Shown piece after piece: positions 23,120-32,643 of a stretch of DNA of 64,000 nt. How positions within the stretch are numbered: position 1 is the stretch's first letter; every line of letters begins with the position of its first letter. The notes below the pieces were generated by a model. That model was given only the letters and a program-made list of their open reading frames with translations, had not been told where the DNA came from and searched no databases. A program made the translations under genes and the position numbers. This DNA comes from Escherichia phage vB_Eco_BCPEco_001. The stretch is taken from the sequence record PV295200.1. One strand, written 5' to 3'.

Positions 23120-23415
23120 TTAAACTATCAGCAGTAATATTATCTATTGGTCTTCTAGTTGGTTGTTCGACAAAGCCTCTAGAAGTAAAGAAAGAAACAG
23201 TTCATCCTAATTGGCCTGTGCAAATAAAGTCATATGATGAAGCTAAACTATCTTGGCAAGTTAAAGTTATCGATGGTAAAGCTTGGGTAGGTATGCCATT
23301 TGAAGATTCCCAGGAATTTCGTATTTGGCTTAATGATGTAAAACGATATGTACATGACCAAAAAACTATGATATGTTATTATCGTCAAGAGCTAAAAGAG
23401 GATAAATGTAAATGA
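23116..23415 (+). CDS. pseT.2: o-spanin (outer-membrane lipoprotein spanin subunit)
   Basis: 99 aa; signal peptide with lipobox LLVGC (MIKLSAVILSIGLLVGCSTKP). Confidence 0.7.
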   Translation: MIKLSAVILSIGLLVGCSTKPLEVKKETVHPNWPVQIKSYDEAKLSWQVKVIDGKAWVGMPFEDSQEFRIWLNDVKRYVHDQKTMICYYRQELKEDKCK

Positions 23416-23638
23416 TTTCATGTCATCAATTTGAACATCTCAAAGGATTGATTTATGAATCTGAGATGGCTGCAATGATTTATGGACGCCAGATTCAACG
23501 ATTAGAATCTTTGCCTCCAACTAATGATGTTTTATTAGCTCAATCTCGGGCTAATCTTAAAAATGAATACCAAAATAAGTGGGGTAAAGCATCTAAAGAC
23601 CTGCATGATTATATTCAATCATTGGTTGAGAAAAATAA

Positions 23639-23642
<4 letters not shown>
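23412..23642 (+). CDS. hypothetical protein
   Basis: 76-aa ORF translationally coupled to neighbours. Confidence 0.5.
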
Positions 23643-24864
<1,222 letters not shown>

Positions 24865-24928
24865 TGGCTTTGCACCATGAAACTTGGGATATTATTAATT
24901 GGCTTGAAGAAAATTATGTGAGGTAAAT

Positions 24929-25204
24929 ATGTTTCCGACTTACTCTAAAATCGTAGAAGTAGTGTTTAGCCAAATTATCGCTAATAATATGTTTGAAAAG
25001 CTTGATAACGCAGCCGAGCTTCGAATCCATGCTCAAGTGACTCATGTATTGAATACTTTGCTTCCAGACCAGGTGGATTCTGTTGCCATCACGTTGTATC
25101 CAGGTTCCGCGCATATCATTGTCGTATTTGGTCTTGATGCTGAGCTAGTCATCAAAGGCGATATTCGCTTTGAATCACAGACATCAGAATTCAAAGCAAT
25201 TTAA
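24929..25204 (+). CDS. hypothetical protein
   Basis: 91-aa ORF. Confidence 0.45.
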   Translation: MFPTYSKIVEVVFSQIIANNMFEKLDNAAELRIHAQVTHVLNTLLPDQVDSVAITLYPGSAHIIVVFGLDAELVIKGDIRFESQTSEFKAI

Positions 25205-25206
25205 TA

Positions 25207-25245
25207 GTTTACTTTACGGTAGAGTTGTGATATTATAGCTCTACC
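25207..25245 (+). promoter_or_regulatory. early promoter embedded in inverted repeat (PeSL-like)
   Basis: GTTTAC, spacer, TATTAT; arms GGTAGAG / CTCTACC flank the -10. Confidence 0.45.
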
Positions 25246-25266
25246 AAAACAAATGAGGAAATTGAA

Positions 25267-25797
25267 ATGAGCGAATGGTTTGAAGAAGATAAGGTTTATC
25301 GCTTTAAAGCTGGATATAAAGATATTTTTAATGAAACTTGCGGGGCTAATAAACGAATTGCCCAGTTTATTGGGGAAAATTCATTTAAAGTAAAAATTGA
25401 CCCTGCAAAGAATGTTATTAGCATTAAACGCGAAATTGATGACTGCTGGTATAAAGCTATTGATGTAATGGGCGAATCCTATAAAGATAGCCCGTTATTT
25501 TCAATTGCTTATATGTTAGAATATTCTTTTTTCGAAGAAGTTCAAAAAGATGATTCTGTCAGTAAATTTGAAATTAAAGCTGATAAAGAAATTAAGTGGA
25601 AAGTAGTAGGTATTACTGGTTGTATGTTTTATATCTATGCTCAAACTGATACGAAGGAAGAAGCTAAAAAGAAAGCTCTAGAATATCTTGAAGAGTATGA
25701 AGAAGGTCCGGTAATGATTACTCAAGATGCTGAATTAGTTTCTGTCAAATTAGTTAAAAACGTTGAAAGTAAGGAGCTGGGATCAACATGCTACTAA
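25267..25797 (+). CDS. hypothetical protein
   Basis: 176-aa ORF with GAGGA upstream, downstream of an early promoter-like element. Confidence 0.5.
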   Translation: MSEWFEEDKVYRFKAGYKDIFNETCGANKRIAQFIGENSFKVKIDPAKNVISIKREIDDCWYKAIDVMGESYKDSPLFSIAYMLEYSFFEEVQKDDSVSKFEIKADKEIKWKVVGITGCMFYIYAQTDTKEEAKKKALEYLEEYEEGPVMITQDAELVSVKLVKNVESKELGSTCY

Positions 25798-26027
25798 GTG
25801 AAAAACCAATCACTGTTAAAGAATTCCAAGAAAAAGTTAAACTATTTGCACAGGAATTAGTAAATAAGGTTTCTGAACGATTTCCTGAAACATCGGTTCG
25901 TGTTATTACCGAAACTCCTCGTTCAGTATTAGTAATTGTGAATCCAGGTGATGGCGATCAAATATCGCATCTTAAACTGGATTTTGATGGATTAGTTGAA
26001 GCACAAAGGGTGTATGGCGTACTATGA
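25788..26027 (+). CDS. hypothetical protein
   Basis: 79-aa ORF. Confidence 0.5.
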   Translation: MLLSEKPITVKEFQEKVKLFAQELVNKVSERFPETSVRVITETPRSVLVIVNPGDGDQISHLKLDFDGLVEAQRVYGVL

Positions 26028-26362
26028 TGAATTTAACTGATATAATTGATAATTGTCTTGAAAATGATACTGGCGATCATAGAGCGCTTGATTCTGAAAC
26101 AGCAAAGTTCATTAGAATAACTTTAATGAATGATACTCTGGTGAATAGTATTCATCCTTCTGTGTATGATGCTATTATTGTGACGAAGTATCCAGTTGAG
26201 CTTCACAAAAAGATGACTGGCGCAGTTTTTATTGATAAGAAAAACCGCTTTAAAGATGGGCAGAATATAATTAGTTCTGTTATTAAAAGTATAACTAAAC
26301 TTCGTCACGAAATTTATCGTGTTGAAACTGCTAAATCTGCTTATCTGGTGATTATGAAATGA
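26024..26362 (+). CDS. hypothetical protein
   Basis: 112-aa ORF. Confidence 0.5.
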   Translation: MMNLTDIIDNCLENDTGDHRALDSETAKFIRITLMNDTLVNSIHPSVYDAIIVTKYPVELHKKMTGAVFIDKKNRFKDGQNIISSVIKSITKLRHEIYRVETAKSAYLVIMK

Positions 26363-26940
26363 AAGCGAGTACAGTACTTCAAATTGCATATTTAGTATCG
26401 CAGGAATCAAAATGTTGCTCCTGGAAGGTAGGAGCAGTAATTGAAAAGAATGGACGTATTATTTCTACTGGGTATAATGGTTCACCCGCAGGGGGTGTGA
26501 ACTGTTGTGATTATGCTGCTGAGCAAGGTTGGTTGTTGAATAAGCCTAAACATACTATCATTCAAGGTCATAAGCCTGAATTCGTATCATTTGGTTCAAC
26601 TGATCGTTTTGTCTTGGCGAAAGAACATCGTAATGCTCACTCAGAATGGTCATCTAAAAATGAAATTCATGCTGAACTAAATGCAATTTTGTTTGCTGCA
26701 CGAAATGGTTCTTCTATTGAAGGTGCTACTATGTATGTAACACTTTCTCCTTGTCCAGATTGTGCAAAAGCGATAGCTCAATCTGGAATTAAAAAACTGG
26801 TTTATTGCGAAACATATGATAAGAATAAACCTGGCTGGGATGATATTCTGCGAAATGCAGGTATTGAAGTGTTCAATGTTCCTAAGAAAAACTTGAATAA
26901 GTTAAACTGGGAAAATATCAACGAATTCTGTGGTGAATAA
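26359..26940 (+). CDS. cd: dCMP deaminase
   Basis: 193 aa; cytidine/deoxycytidylate deaminase zinc motifs HAELNA and SPCPDCAKAI. Confidence 0.9.
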   Translation: MKASTVLQIAYLVSQESKCCSWKVGAVIEKNGRIISTGYNGSPAGGVNCCDYAAEQGWLLNKPKHTIIQGHKPEFVSFGSTDRFVLAKEHRNAHSEWSSKNEIHAELNAILFAARNGSSIEGATMYVTLSPCPDCAKAIAQSGIKKLVYCETYDKNKPGWDDILRNAGIEVFNVPKKNLNKLNWENINEFCGE

Positions 26941-27176
26941 TGAAATTTCGTTTGGTAAAGCTCACAGCAATTAGTTCTTATTCTAACGAGAACATCTCAT
27001 TTGCTGTAGAGTATAAGAAATATTTTTTCTCTAAATGGAAACAGTATTATAAAACTGATTGGACTAGTATTGATAGACCATATAGTTGGAAATCTGATTT
27101 AGAAAAATGCCAAAAATTACTTTCCACCCTTAAAGAACGTGGAACAACTCATATTAAAACTGTAATAGGTAAATAA
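26940..27176 (+). CDS. hypothetical protein
   Basis: 78-aa ORF. Confidence 0.5.
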   Translation: MKFRLVKLTAISSYSNENISFAVEYKKYFFSKWKQYYKTDWTSIDRPYSWKSDLEKCQKLLSTLKERGTTHIKTVIGK

Positions 27177-27485
27177 ATGAAACTGACAACTGAGCAGAAA
27201 GTAGCAATTCGTGAAATTTTGAAAACTAAATTGTCCATGGGTGTTTCAAACATAGTTTTCGAAAAGTCTGATGGTACTATTCGTACTATGAAAGGTACTC
27301 GTGATGCAGACTTTATGCCAACCATGCAAACCGGTAAATTGACTGAATCTACTCGGAAAGAATCTACTGACATGATTCCAGTATTTGATGTTGAACTTGG
27401 TGCATGGCGAGGTTTTTCTATTGACAAATTAATTTCTGTTAATGGTATGAAAGTTGAGCATTTACTCCAATTTATTGGTAAATAA
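27177..27485 (+). CDS. hypothetical protein
   Basis: 102-aa ORF. Confidence 0.5.
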   Translation: MKLTTEQKVAIREILKTKLSMGVSNIVFEKSDGTIRTMKGTRDADFMPTMQTGKLTESTRKESTDMIPVFDVELGAWRGFSIDKLISVNGMKVEHLLQFIGK

Positions 27486-27511
27486 ATGCTTTAAGAATTA
27501 TTTGTTATTAT
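27484..27511 (+). promoter_or_regulatory. MotA-type middle promoter for gene 31
   Basis: AAATGCTTTA box, 12-nt gap, TATTAT, ~30 nt before ATG. Confidence 0.5.
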
Positions 27512-27541
27512 TAATTCATCTGTTAACAAAAAGGAAAAACG

Positions 27542-27877
27542 ATGTCTGAAGTACAACAGCTACCAATTCGTGCTGTCGGTGAATATGTTATTTTAGTTTC
27601 TGAACCTGCACAAGCCGGTGATGAAGAAGTTACAGAATCAGGACTTATTATTGGTAAACGTGTTCAAGGTGAAGTTCCTGAACTGTGTGTAGTTCACTCT
27701 GTCGGTCCTGATGTTCCTGAAGGTTTCTGCGAAGTTGGCGATTTGACTTCTCTTCCAGTTGGTCAAATTCGAAATGTTCCGCATCCTTTTGTAGCTCTGG
27801 GTCTTAAGCAGCCAAAAGAAATTAAACAAAAATTCGTTACTTGTCACTATAAAGCTATTCCATGTCTTTATAAGTGA
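27542..27877 (+). CDS. 31: head assembly co-chaperonin (GroES analogue) gp31
   Basis: 111-aa [27 protein letters not shown]...; same length as T4 gp31. Confidence 0.9.
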
Positions 27878-27885
27878 TATAAATA
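27878..27885 (+). promoter_or_regulatory. late promoter motif (TATAAATA) upstream of rIII
   Basis: Exact TATAAATA immediately after gene 31 stop. Confidence 0.4.
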
Positions 27886-28025
27886 ATAATATGAATTAGG
27901 TGTCGGAATAATAAGTTAACCGAACAATTCTATGTGGTAGTCTACAACTGAGAGATCTGTCGAAAGAAGATGAAATTCAGAAGAACGTGACTACCGAGTT
28001 TTAATCTCTAACGAGAATTTTTTAA

Positions 28026-28274
28026 ATGATTAAACAATTACAACACGCTCTTGAACTGCAACGAAACGCATGGAATAATGGTCACGAAAACTATGGCGCA
28101 TCTATTGATGTTGAAGCCGAAGCTCTTGAAATCCTGCGTTATTTCAAACATCTGAATCCTGCTCAAACTGCATTAGCTGCTGAGCTTCAGGAAAAAGATG
28201 AACTTAAATATGCTAAGCCTTTGGCTTCTGCTGCACGAAAAGCAGTTCGTCACTTTGTGGTAACACTGAAGTAA
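28026..28274 (+). CDS. rIII: rIII lysis inhibition accessory protein
   Basis: 82-aa ORF MIKQLQHALELQRNAWNNGHENYG...; same length and position as T4 rIII. Confidence 0.8.
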   Translation: MIKQLQHALELQRNAWNNGHENYGASIDVEAEALEILRYFKHLNPAQTALAAELQEKDELKYAKPLASAARKAVRHFVVTLK

Positions 28275-28393
28275 TTATGTTGACGAGGTTTATGGTTATC
28301 CTGTCGGTAAATATTCAAAACCTAAGTACCCCTTGAGGGCTTGCGCAGGCAATGCCAATAAGTCCTGCATTTTCATTTAAAAGAGAATTTATA

Positions 28394-28570
28394 ATGGCAA
28401 AACAAGCTAAAGCAAAGAAAGCAGTTGAAAAGAAAGTTGGTGATTCTAAACGCGCTGGTTACAAGCGTGGGTCTAACTCTCGTATCAATCAAACTGTTGA
28501 GAAGATCATGCGCCGAGCACGTGCGGTTCTTCGAGATGATGCTTCTCGTTTTGGTAAGCAGAAAGCATAA
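28394..28570 (+). CDS. hypothetical small basic protein
   Basis: MAKQAKAKKAVEKKVGDSKRAGYKRG...; ORF track start 28352 also possible; followed by a terminator. Confidence 0.4.
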   Translation: MAKQAKAKKAVEKKVGDSKRAGYKRGSNSRINQTVEKIMRRARAVLRDDASRFGKQKA

Positions 28571-28575
28571 GTTGA

Positions 28576-28604
28576 GGACTCCTTCGGGAGTCCTTTTTTA
28601 TTTT
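28576..28604 (+). terminator. rho-independent terminator
   Basis: GGACTCC-TTCG-GGAGTCC followed by TTTTTTATTTT. Confidence 0.7.
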
Positions 28605-28623
28605 CCAAAGATTGCACAAAGTT

Positions 28624-28656
28624 GTTTACAGTACGATTTCTTTGTGATAGTATTAT
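28624..28656 (+). promoter_or_regulatory. sigma70-type early promoter
   Basis: GTTTACA, spacer, TGATAGTATTAT; followed by GGGC-TTCG-GCCC hairpin and GAGGAAA. Confidence 0.45.
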
Positions 28657-28705
28657 CTTATACAAACAAAAGAAAAGGGCTTCGGCCCCTATTGAGGAAA
28701 ATGTT

Positions 28706-28993
28706 ATGTTTATGACTACTTATTTTGATACCCGCAAAAATTTCTGTGAAGTGGTTTTCTCAAAGGCACCTAAAGACCTTCCTGCACATTTGCAACCTAC
28801 TAGCGAATCGATTAAAAACTACGTTGATGTGGTTTGTCCTTTAGAGTTTCGTACTGTAAATGGGCGCGATACTTTAGCTATCACTAAACTCAATCGCGAA
28901 ATTGACATTGACCCTTTAATTGCGCGCGAAATTAATAGTTCTGATATTAATGGCGGTAACGTTAAATCGCACGGTTTTCAGATGAGGTTCTAA
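28706..28993 (+). CDS. hypothetical protein
   Basis: ATG 28706 after GAGGAAA; ORF track start 28622 would overlap the predicted promoter. Confidence 0.45.
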   Translation: MFMTTYFDTRKNFCEVVFSKAPKDLPAHLQPTSESIKNYVDVVCPLEFRTVNGRDTLAITKLNREIDIDPLIAREINSSDINGGNVKSHGFQMRF

Positions 28994-29190
28994 TGAAATT
29001 CTTTTTAGGTCAAACTGTTGAATTAAAGGGAGTTGGTATACCTGGATTAATTTCTAAGGTTCTACCTCCATTTAAATGGAGTGGTATTCAAATAAAAGAG
29101 GCTTATATTGTTTCCTGGGTAGATGGAAATGAAGACCTTCGTATGGGTGATGAATTATCTCCTATTTACGGATTAAAGGAATTAGTATGA
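28993..29190 (+). CDS. hypothetical protein
   Basis: 65-aa ORF. Confidence 0.45.
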   Translation: MKFFLGQTVELKGVGIPGLISKVLPPFKWSGIQIKEAYIVSWVDGNEDLRMGDELSPIYGLKELV

Positions 29191-29393
29191 ATATAATTAA
29201 TAAGATTTTTGGAATTCAGTACATTAAGGTTACATATAAAGTAACAGATAAAAATCCGTATACCGATGAACACGAAGAACCACAAGTTAAGTCTATTATA
29301 TTAGAAAAAGGCAGTGACTGGCCAGTTGAATTTCGTCTTCCTTGCTATGGTCATTGGGCTGATGTTGAAATTATAAGCATTGAAAATGTCTGA
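29187..29393 (+). CDS. hypothetical protein
   Basis: 68-aa ORF. Confidence 0.45.
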   Translation: MNIINKIFGIQYIKVTYKVTDKNPYTDEHEEPQVKSIILEKGSDWPVEFRLPCYGHWADVEIISIENV

Positions 29394-29844
29394 GTTAGAG
29401 ATTAGAAGCAATTTTAGGTGGCCATCATGCGCATTAAGTAATTTCGCCCATTGGCCTTTCGTCATGGATGGTATTCAATTTGGAGGTCTCGAAGGATTCC
29501 TCCAAGGATGTAAGGTGAAAAATGTTGAACAACAACGTCGTATATTTGGGTTATCCGGGCTTGCCGCCCAACAAGCTGGAAGGTCTTATGCTAGAGCTCA
29601 GGACCGTGGGACCCTCTTCTGGCTTGGAGTTCCGTTTTCAAGATACTCCCCGGCGTGGAAAGAATTATACACAAATGCATATTTTGAAGCAGCGATCCAA
29701 AACAAGGGCTTTCGTGATGCATTACAAGCCTCGAAAGGAAAAGTTTTGAAGCATAGCATGGCTAGTGGTCTAACAAAAGATGATACAATACTAACCGAAG
29801 CTGAATTTATTGATGTGTTAAACCTATTAAGAGACTCTCTATGA
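29380..29844 (+). CDS. NADAR/YbiA-like domain protein (DUF1768-like)
   Basis: 154 aa; CALSNFAHWPFVMDGIQFGGLEGFLQGCKVK resembles the NADAR signature LSNF..PF..dG..F.s.E..fQ..K. Confidence 0.5.
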   Translation: MKMSELEIRSNFRWPSCALSNFAHWPFVMDGIQFGGLEGFLQGCKVKNVEQQRRIFGLSGLAAQQAGRSYARAQDRGTLFWLGVPFSRYSPAWKELYTNAYFEAAIQNKGFRDALQASKGKVLKHSMASGLTKDDTILTEAEFIDVLNLLRDSL

Positions 29845-30677
29845 AGCCTACTATTTTAACTGATATTGATGGAGTATGTTTAAGCTGGCAATCAGGCCTT
29901 CCTTATTTTGCTCAGAAATATAATCTTCCGTTAGAACATATTTTAAAAATGATCCAAGATGAAAAATTTATTTCACCTGGTAAACTCTTTAATTGTGATG
30001 AAGAACTTGGCGTTAAGCTAATTGAAAAATACAATCGATCAGATTTTATTCGTTACTTGTCTCCATATAAAGATGCTCTGTGTGTAATTAACAAATTAAA
30101 AGAAGATTATAATTTTGTAGCTGTTACAGCATTGGGTGATTCTATTGACGCTCTGTTGAATCGTCAATTTAATTTGAATGCTCTTTTTCCTGGTGCCTTC
30201 TCAGAAGTAATGATGTGTGGTCATGATTCTTCAAAAGAAGAGTTGTTCAAAAAGGCAAAAGAGAAATATAACGTAATTTGTTATATTGACGATCTCGCTC
30301 ACCACTGCGATCATGCGAGTGAAATATTACGTGTTCCTGTGTATTGGATGGCTCGAGGGGAACGTGACAGTATTCCAAAAACTGCTCAGCGAGTTTATAC
30401 ATGGAATGATGTAGAAAATAAGCTTTTTTCACCGAAGGAAAATAAAGAAAGTTTTGATAGTGAAAAAGCTATAAAAGATGCAATCGAGAAGATGATTAAA
30501 AACGATTCTTTTCCTTGGAACACTACCTGGAGAACTCCTGGATTTAATCCTTATAATCTATATCATCCATATCAGACGCATCCGTTTCAGACATGGAACT
30601 ATATTAAACCTGGCGGCATAGAGTATTTGTATAATAGACCTACTTGTGGTGATAATATTTTCCAAGGAGCATTCTAA
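29841..30677 (+). CDS. HAD-superfamily hydrolase-like protein (5'(3')-deoxyribonucleotidase-like)
   Basis: N-terminal ILTDIDGVC (DxDG motif I) and later YIDDLAHH (DD motif) typical of HAD phosphatases. Confidence 0.5.
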   Translation: MKPTILTDIDGVCLSWQSGLPYFAQKYNLPLEHILKMIQDEKFISPGKLFNCDEELGVKLIEKYNRSDFIRYLSPYKDALCVINKLKEDYNFVAVTALGDSIDALLNRQFNLNALFPGAFSEVMMCGHDSSKEELFKKAKEKYNVICYIDDLAHHCDHASEILRVPVYWMARGERDSIPKTAQRVYTWNDVENKLFSPKENKESFDSEKAIKDAIEKMIKNDSFPWNTTWRTPGFNPYNLYHPYQTHPFQTWNYIKPGGIEYLYNRPTCGDNIFQGAF

Positions 30678-30946
30678 TGTTTGTTGTTCACACTATTTAT
30701 GAAAATGAAGGTAATACTACACGTGATTACGGTCACGTAAATCAATTTTTTAGATGCAATCCAGAATTCCGAGCTCAAAAAGACGAACGAATTTTTAAAA
30801 AATGTGTAGAGCAAGGTTTCATTTACGTCAAGCATTGGATGCAAGGAAATAAAGTTAGAACCACGTACCACAGGTCTTTGACTGAGCTTAATGATGAATT
30901 GATTTATAATAGAGCTGTAAACCAAACTCTAAAGGATGAACAATGA
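30677..30946 (+). CDS. hypothetical protein
   Basis: 89-aa ORF immediately upstream of DNA ligase. Confidence 0.5.
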   Translation: MFVVHTIYENEGNTTRDYGHVNQFFRCNPEFRAQKDERIFKKCVEQGFIYVKHWMQGNKVRTTYHRSLTELNDELIYNRAVNQTLKDEQ

Positions 30947-32406
30947 TTCTTAAAATTCTGAACGAAATAGCATCTATTGGTTCAACTAAACAGAAGCAAG
31001 CAATTCTTGAAAAGAATAAAGATAATGAATTGCTTAAACGAGTATATCGTCTGACTTATTCTCGTGGGTTGCAGTATTATATCAAGAAATGGCCTAAACC
31101 TGGTATTGCTACCCAGAGTTTTGGAATGTTGACTCTTACCGATATGCTTGACTTCATTGAATTCACATTAGCTACTCGGAAATTGACTGGAAATGCGGCA
31201 ATTGAAGAATTAACTGGATATATCACCGATGGTAAAAAAGATGATGTTGAAGTTTTGCGTCGAGTGATGATGCGAGACCTTGAATGTGGTGCTTCAGTAT
31301 CTATTGCAAACAAAGTTTGGCCAGGTTTAATTCCTGAACAACCTCAAATGCTTGCAAGTTCTTATGATGAAAAAGGCATTAATAAGAATATCAAATTTCC
31401 AGCTTTTGCCCAGTTAAAAGCTGATGGAGCTCGGTGCTTTGCCGAAGTCAGAGGTGATGAATTAGATGATGTTCGTCTTTTATCACGAGCCGGTAATGAA
31501 TATCTAGGATTAGATCTTCTTAAGGAAGAGTTAATCAAAATGACCGCTGAAGCCCGCCAGATTCATCCAGAAGGTGTGTTGATTGATGGCGAATTGGTAT
31601 ACCATGAGCAAGTTAAAAAGGAGCCAGAAGGCCTAGATTTTCTTTTTGATGCTCATCCTGAAAACAGTAAAGTTAAAGAATTCGCCGAAGTAGCTGAATC
31701 ACGTACTGCATCTAATGGAATCGCCAATAAATCTTTAAAGGGAACTATTTCAGAAAAAGAAGCACAATGCATGAAGTTTCAGGTCTGGGATTATGTCCCG
31801 TTGGTAGAAATATATGGTCTTCCAGCATTTCGTTTGAAGTATGATGTACGTTTTTCTAAACTAGAACAAATGACATCAGGCTATGATAAAGTAATTTTAA
31901 TTGAAAACCAGGTAGTAAATAACCTAGATGAAGCTAAGGTAATTTATAAAAAGTATATTGACCAAGGTCTTGAAGGTATTATTCTCAAAAATATCGATGG
32001 ATTATGGGAAAATGCTCGTTCAAAAAATCTCTATAAATTTAAAGAAGTAATTGATGTTGATTTAAAAATTGTAGGAATTTATCCTCACCGTAAAGACCCT
32101 ACTAAAGCAGGTGGATTTATTCTTGAGTCAGAGTGTGGAAAAATTAAGGTAAATGCTGGTTCAGGCTTAAAAGATAAAGCCGGTGTAAAATCACATGAAC
32201 TTGACCGTACTCGCATTATGGAAAACCAAAATTATTATATTGGAAAAATTCTAGAGTGCGAATGCAACGGTTGGTTAAAATCCGATGGCCGCACTGATTA
32301 CGTTAAATTATTTCTTCCGATTGCGATTCGTTTACGCGAAGATAAAACTAAAGCTAATACGTTCGAAGATGTATTTGGTGATTTTCATGAGGTAACTGGT
32401 TTATGA
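30943..32406 (+). CDS. 30: ATP-dependent DNA ligase
   Basis: 487 aa, same length as T4 ligase; adenylation motif region FAQLKADGARCF. Confidence 0.95.
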   Translation: MILKILNEIASIGSTKQKQAILEKNKDNELLKRVYRLTYSRGLQYYIKKWPKPGIATQSFGMLTLTDMLDFIEFTLATRKLTGNAAIEELTGYITDGKKDDVEVLRRVMMRDLECGASVSIANKVWPGLIPEQPQMLASSYDEKGINKNIKFPAFAQLKADGARCFAEVRGDELDDVRLLSRAGNEYLGLDLLKEELIKMTAEARQIHPEGVLIDGELVYHEQVKKEPEGLDFLFDAHPENSKVKEFAEVAESRTASNGIANKSLKGTISEKEAQCMKFQVWDYVPLVEIYGLPAFRLKYDVRFSKLEQMTSGYDKVILIENQVVNNLDEAKVIYKKYIDQGLEGIILKNIDGLWENARSKNLYKFKEVIDVDLKIVGIYPHRKDPTKAGGFILESECGKIKVNAGSGLKDKAGVKSHELDRTRIMENQNYYIGKILECECNGWLKSDGRTDYVKLFLPIAIRLREDKTKANTFEDVFGDFHEVTGL

Positions 32407-32591
32407 AAGCTTACTTAGAAACAATTGTCGTGGCTCAAAAAGAAGGTGGAGATGTTTCTACTTCTGTATCACAAATCATGATTGAATTTATCGATGCATA
32501 TGCTTATAATAAATTCACAGAAACTTTTGATGCTTATGAAAAAGGTCCAAAGTTTGAAATATATCGTACTCTCTTACCTATAGATTATTAA
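32403..32591 (+). CDS. hypothetical protein
   Basis: 62-aa ORF overlapping ligase stop; followed by hairpin terminator. Confidence 0.4.
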   Translation: MKAYLETIVVAQKEGGDVSTSVSQIMIEFIDAYAYNKFTETFDAYEKGPKFEIYRTLLPIDY

Positions 32592-32607
32592 AGGCCTTCG
32601 GGCCTTT
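32590..32607 (+). terminator. hairpin terminator after gene 30 operon
   Basis: AAAGGCC-TTCG-GGCCTTT followed by AATTTTA. Confidence 0.55.
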
Positions 32608-32612
32608 AATTT

Positions 32613-32620
32613 TATAAATA
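32613..32620 (+). promoter_or_regulatory. late promoter (TATAAATA) for alt
   Basis: Exact TATAAATA 20 nt upstream of alt ATG, followed by AGAGAGGA. Confidence 0.65.
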
Positions 32621-32643
32621 GAATAAACACTAGAGAGGATATG

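Noticed and set aside
27938-27998. Long-range inverted repeat GGTAGTC...GACTACC in the gene 31-rIII intergenic region
   Set aside because: Only 7 bp arms with a ~47-nt loop; too weak to call a structured element without covariation evidence.
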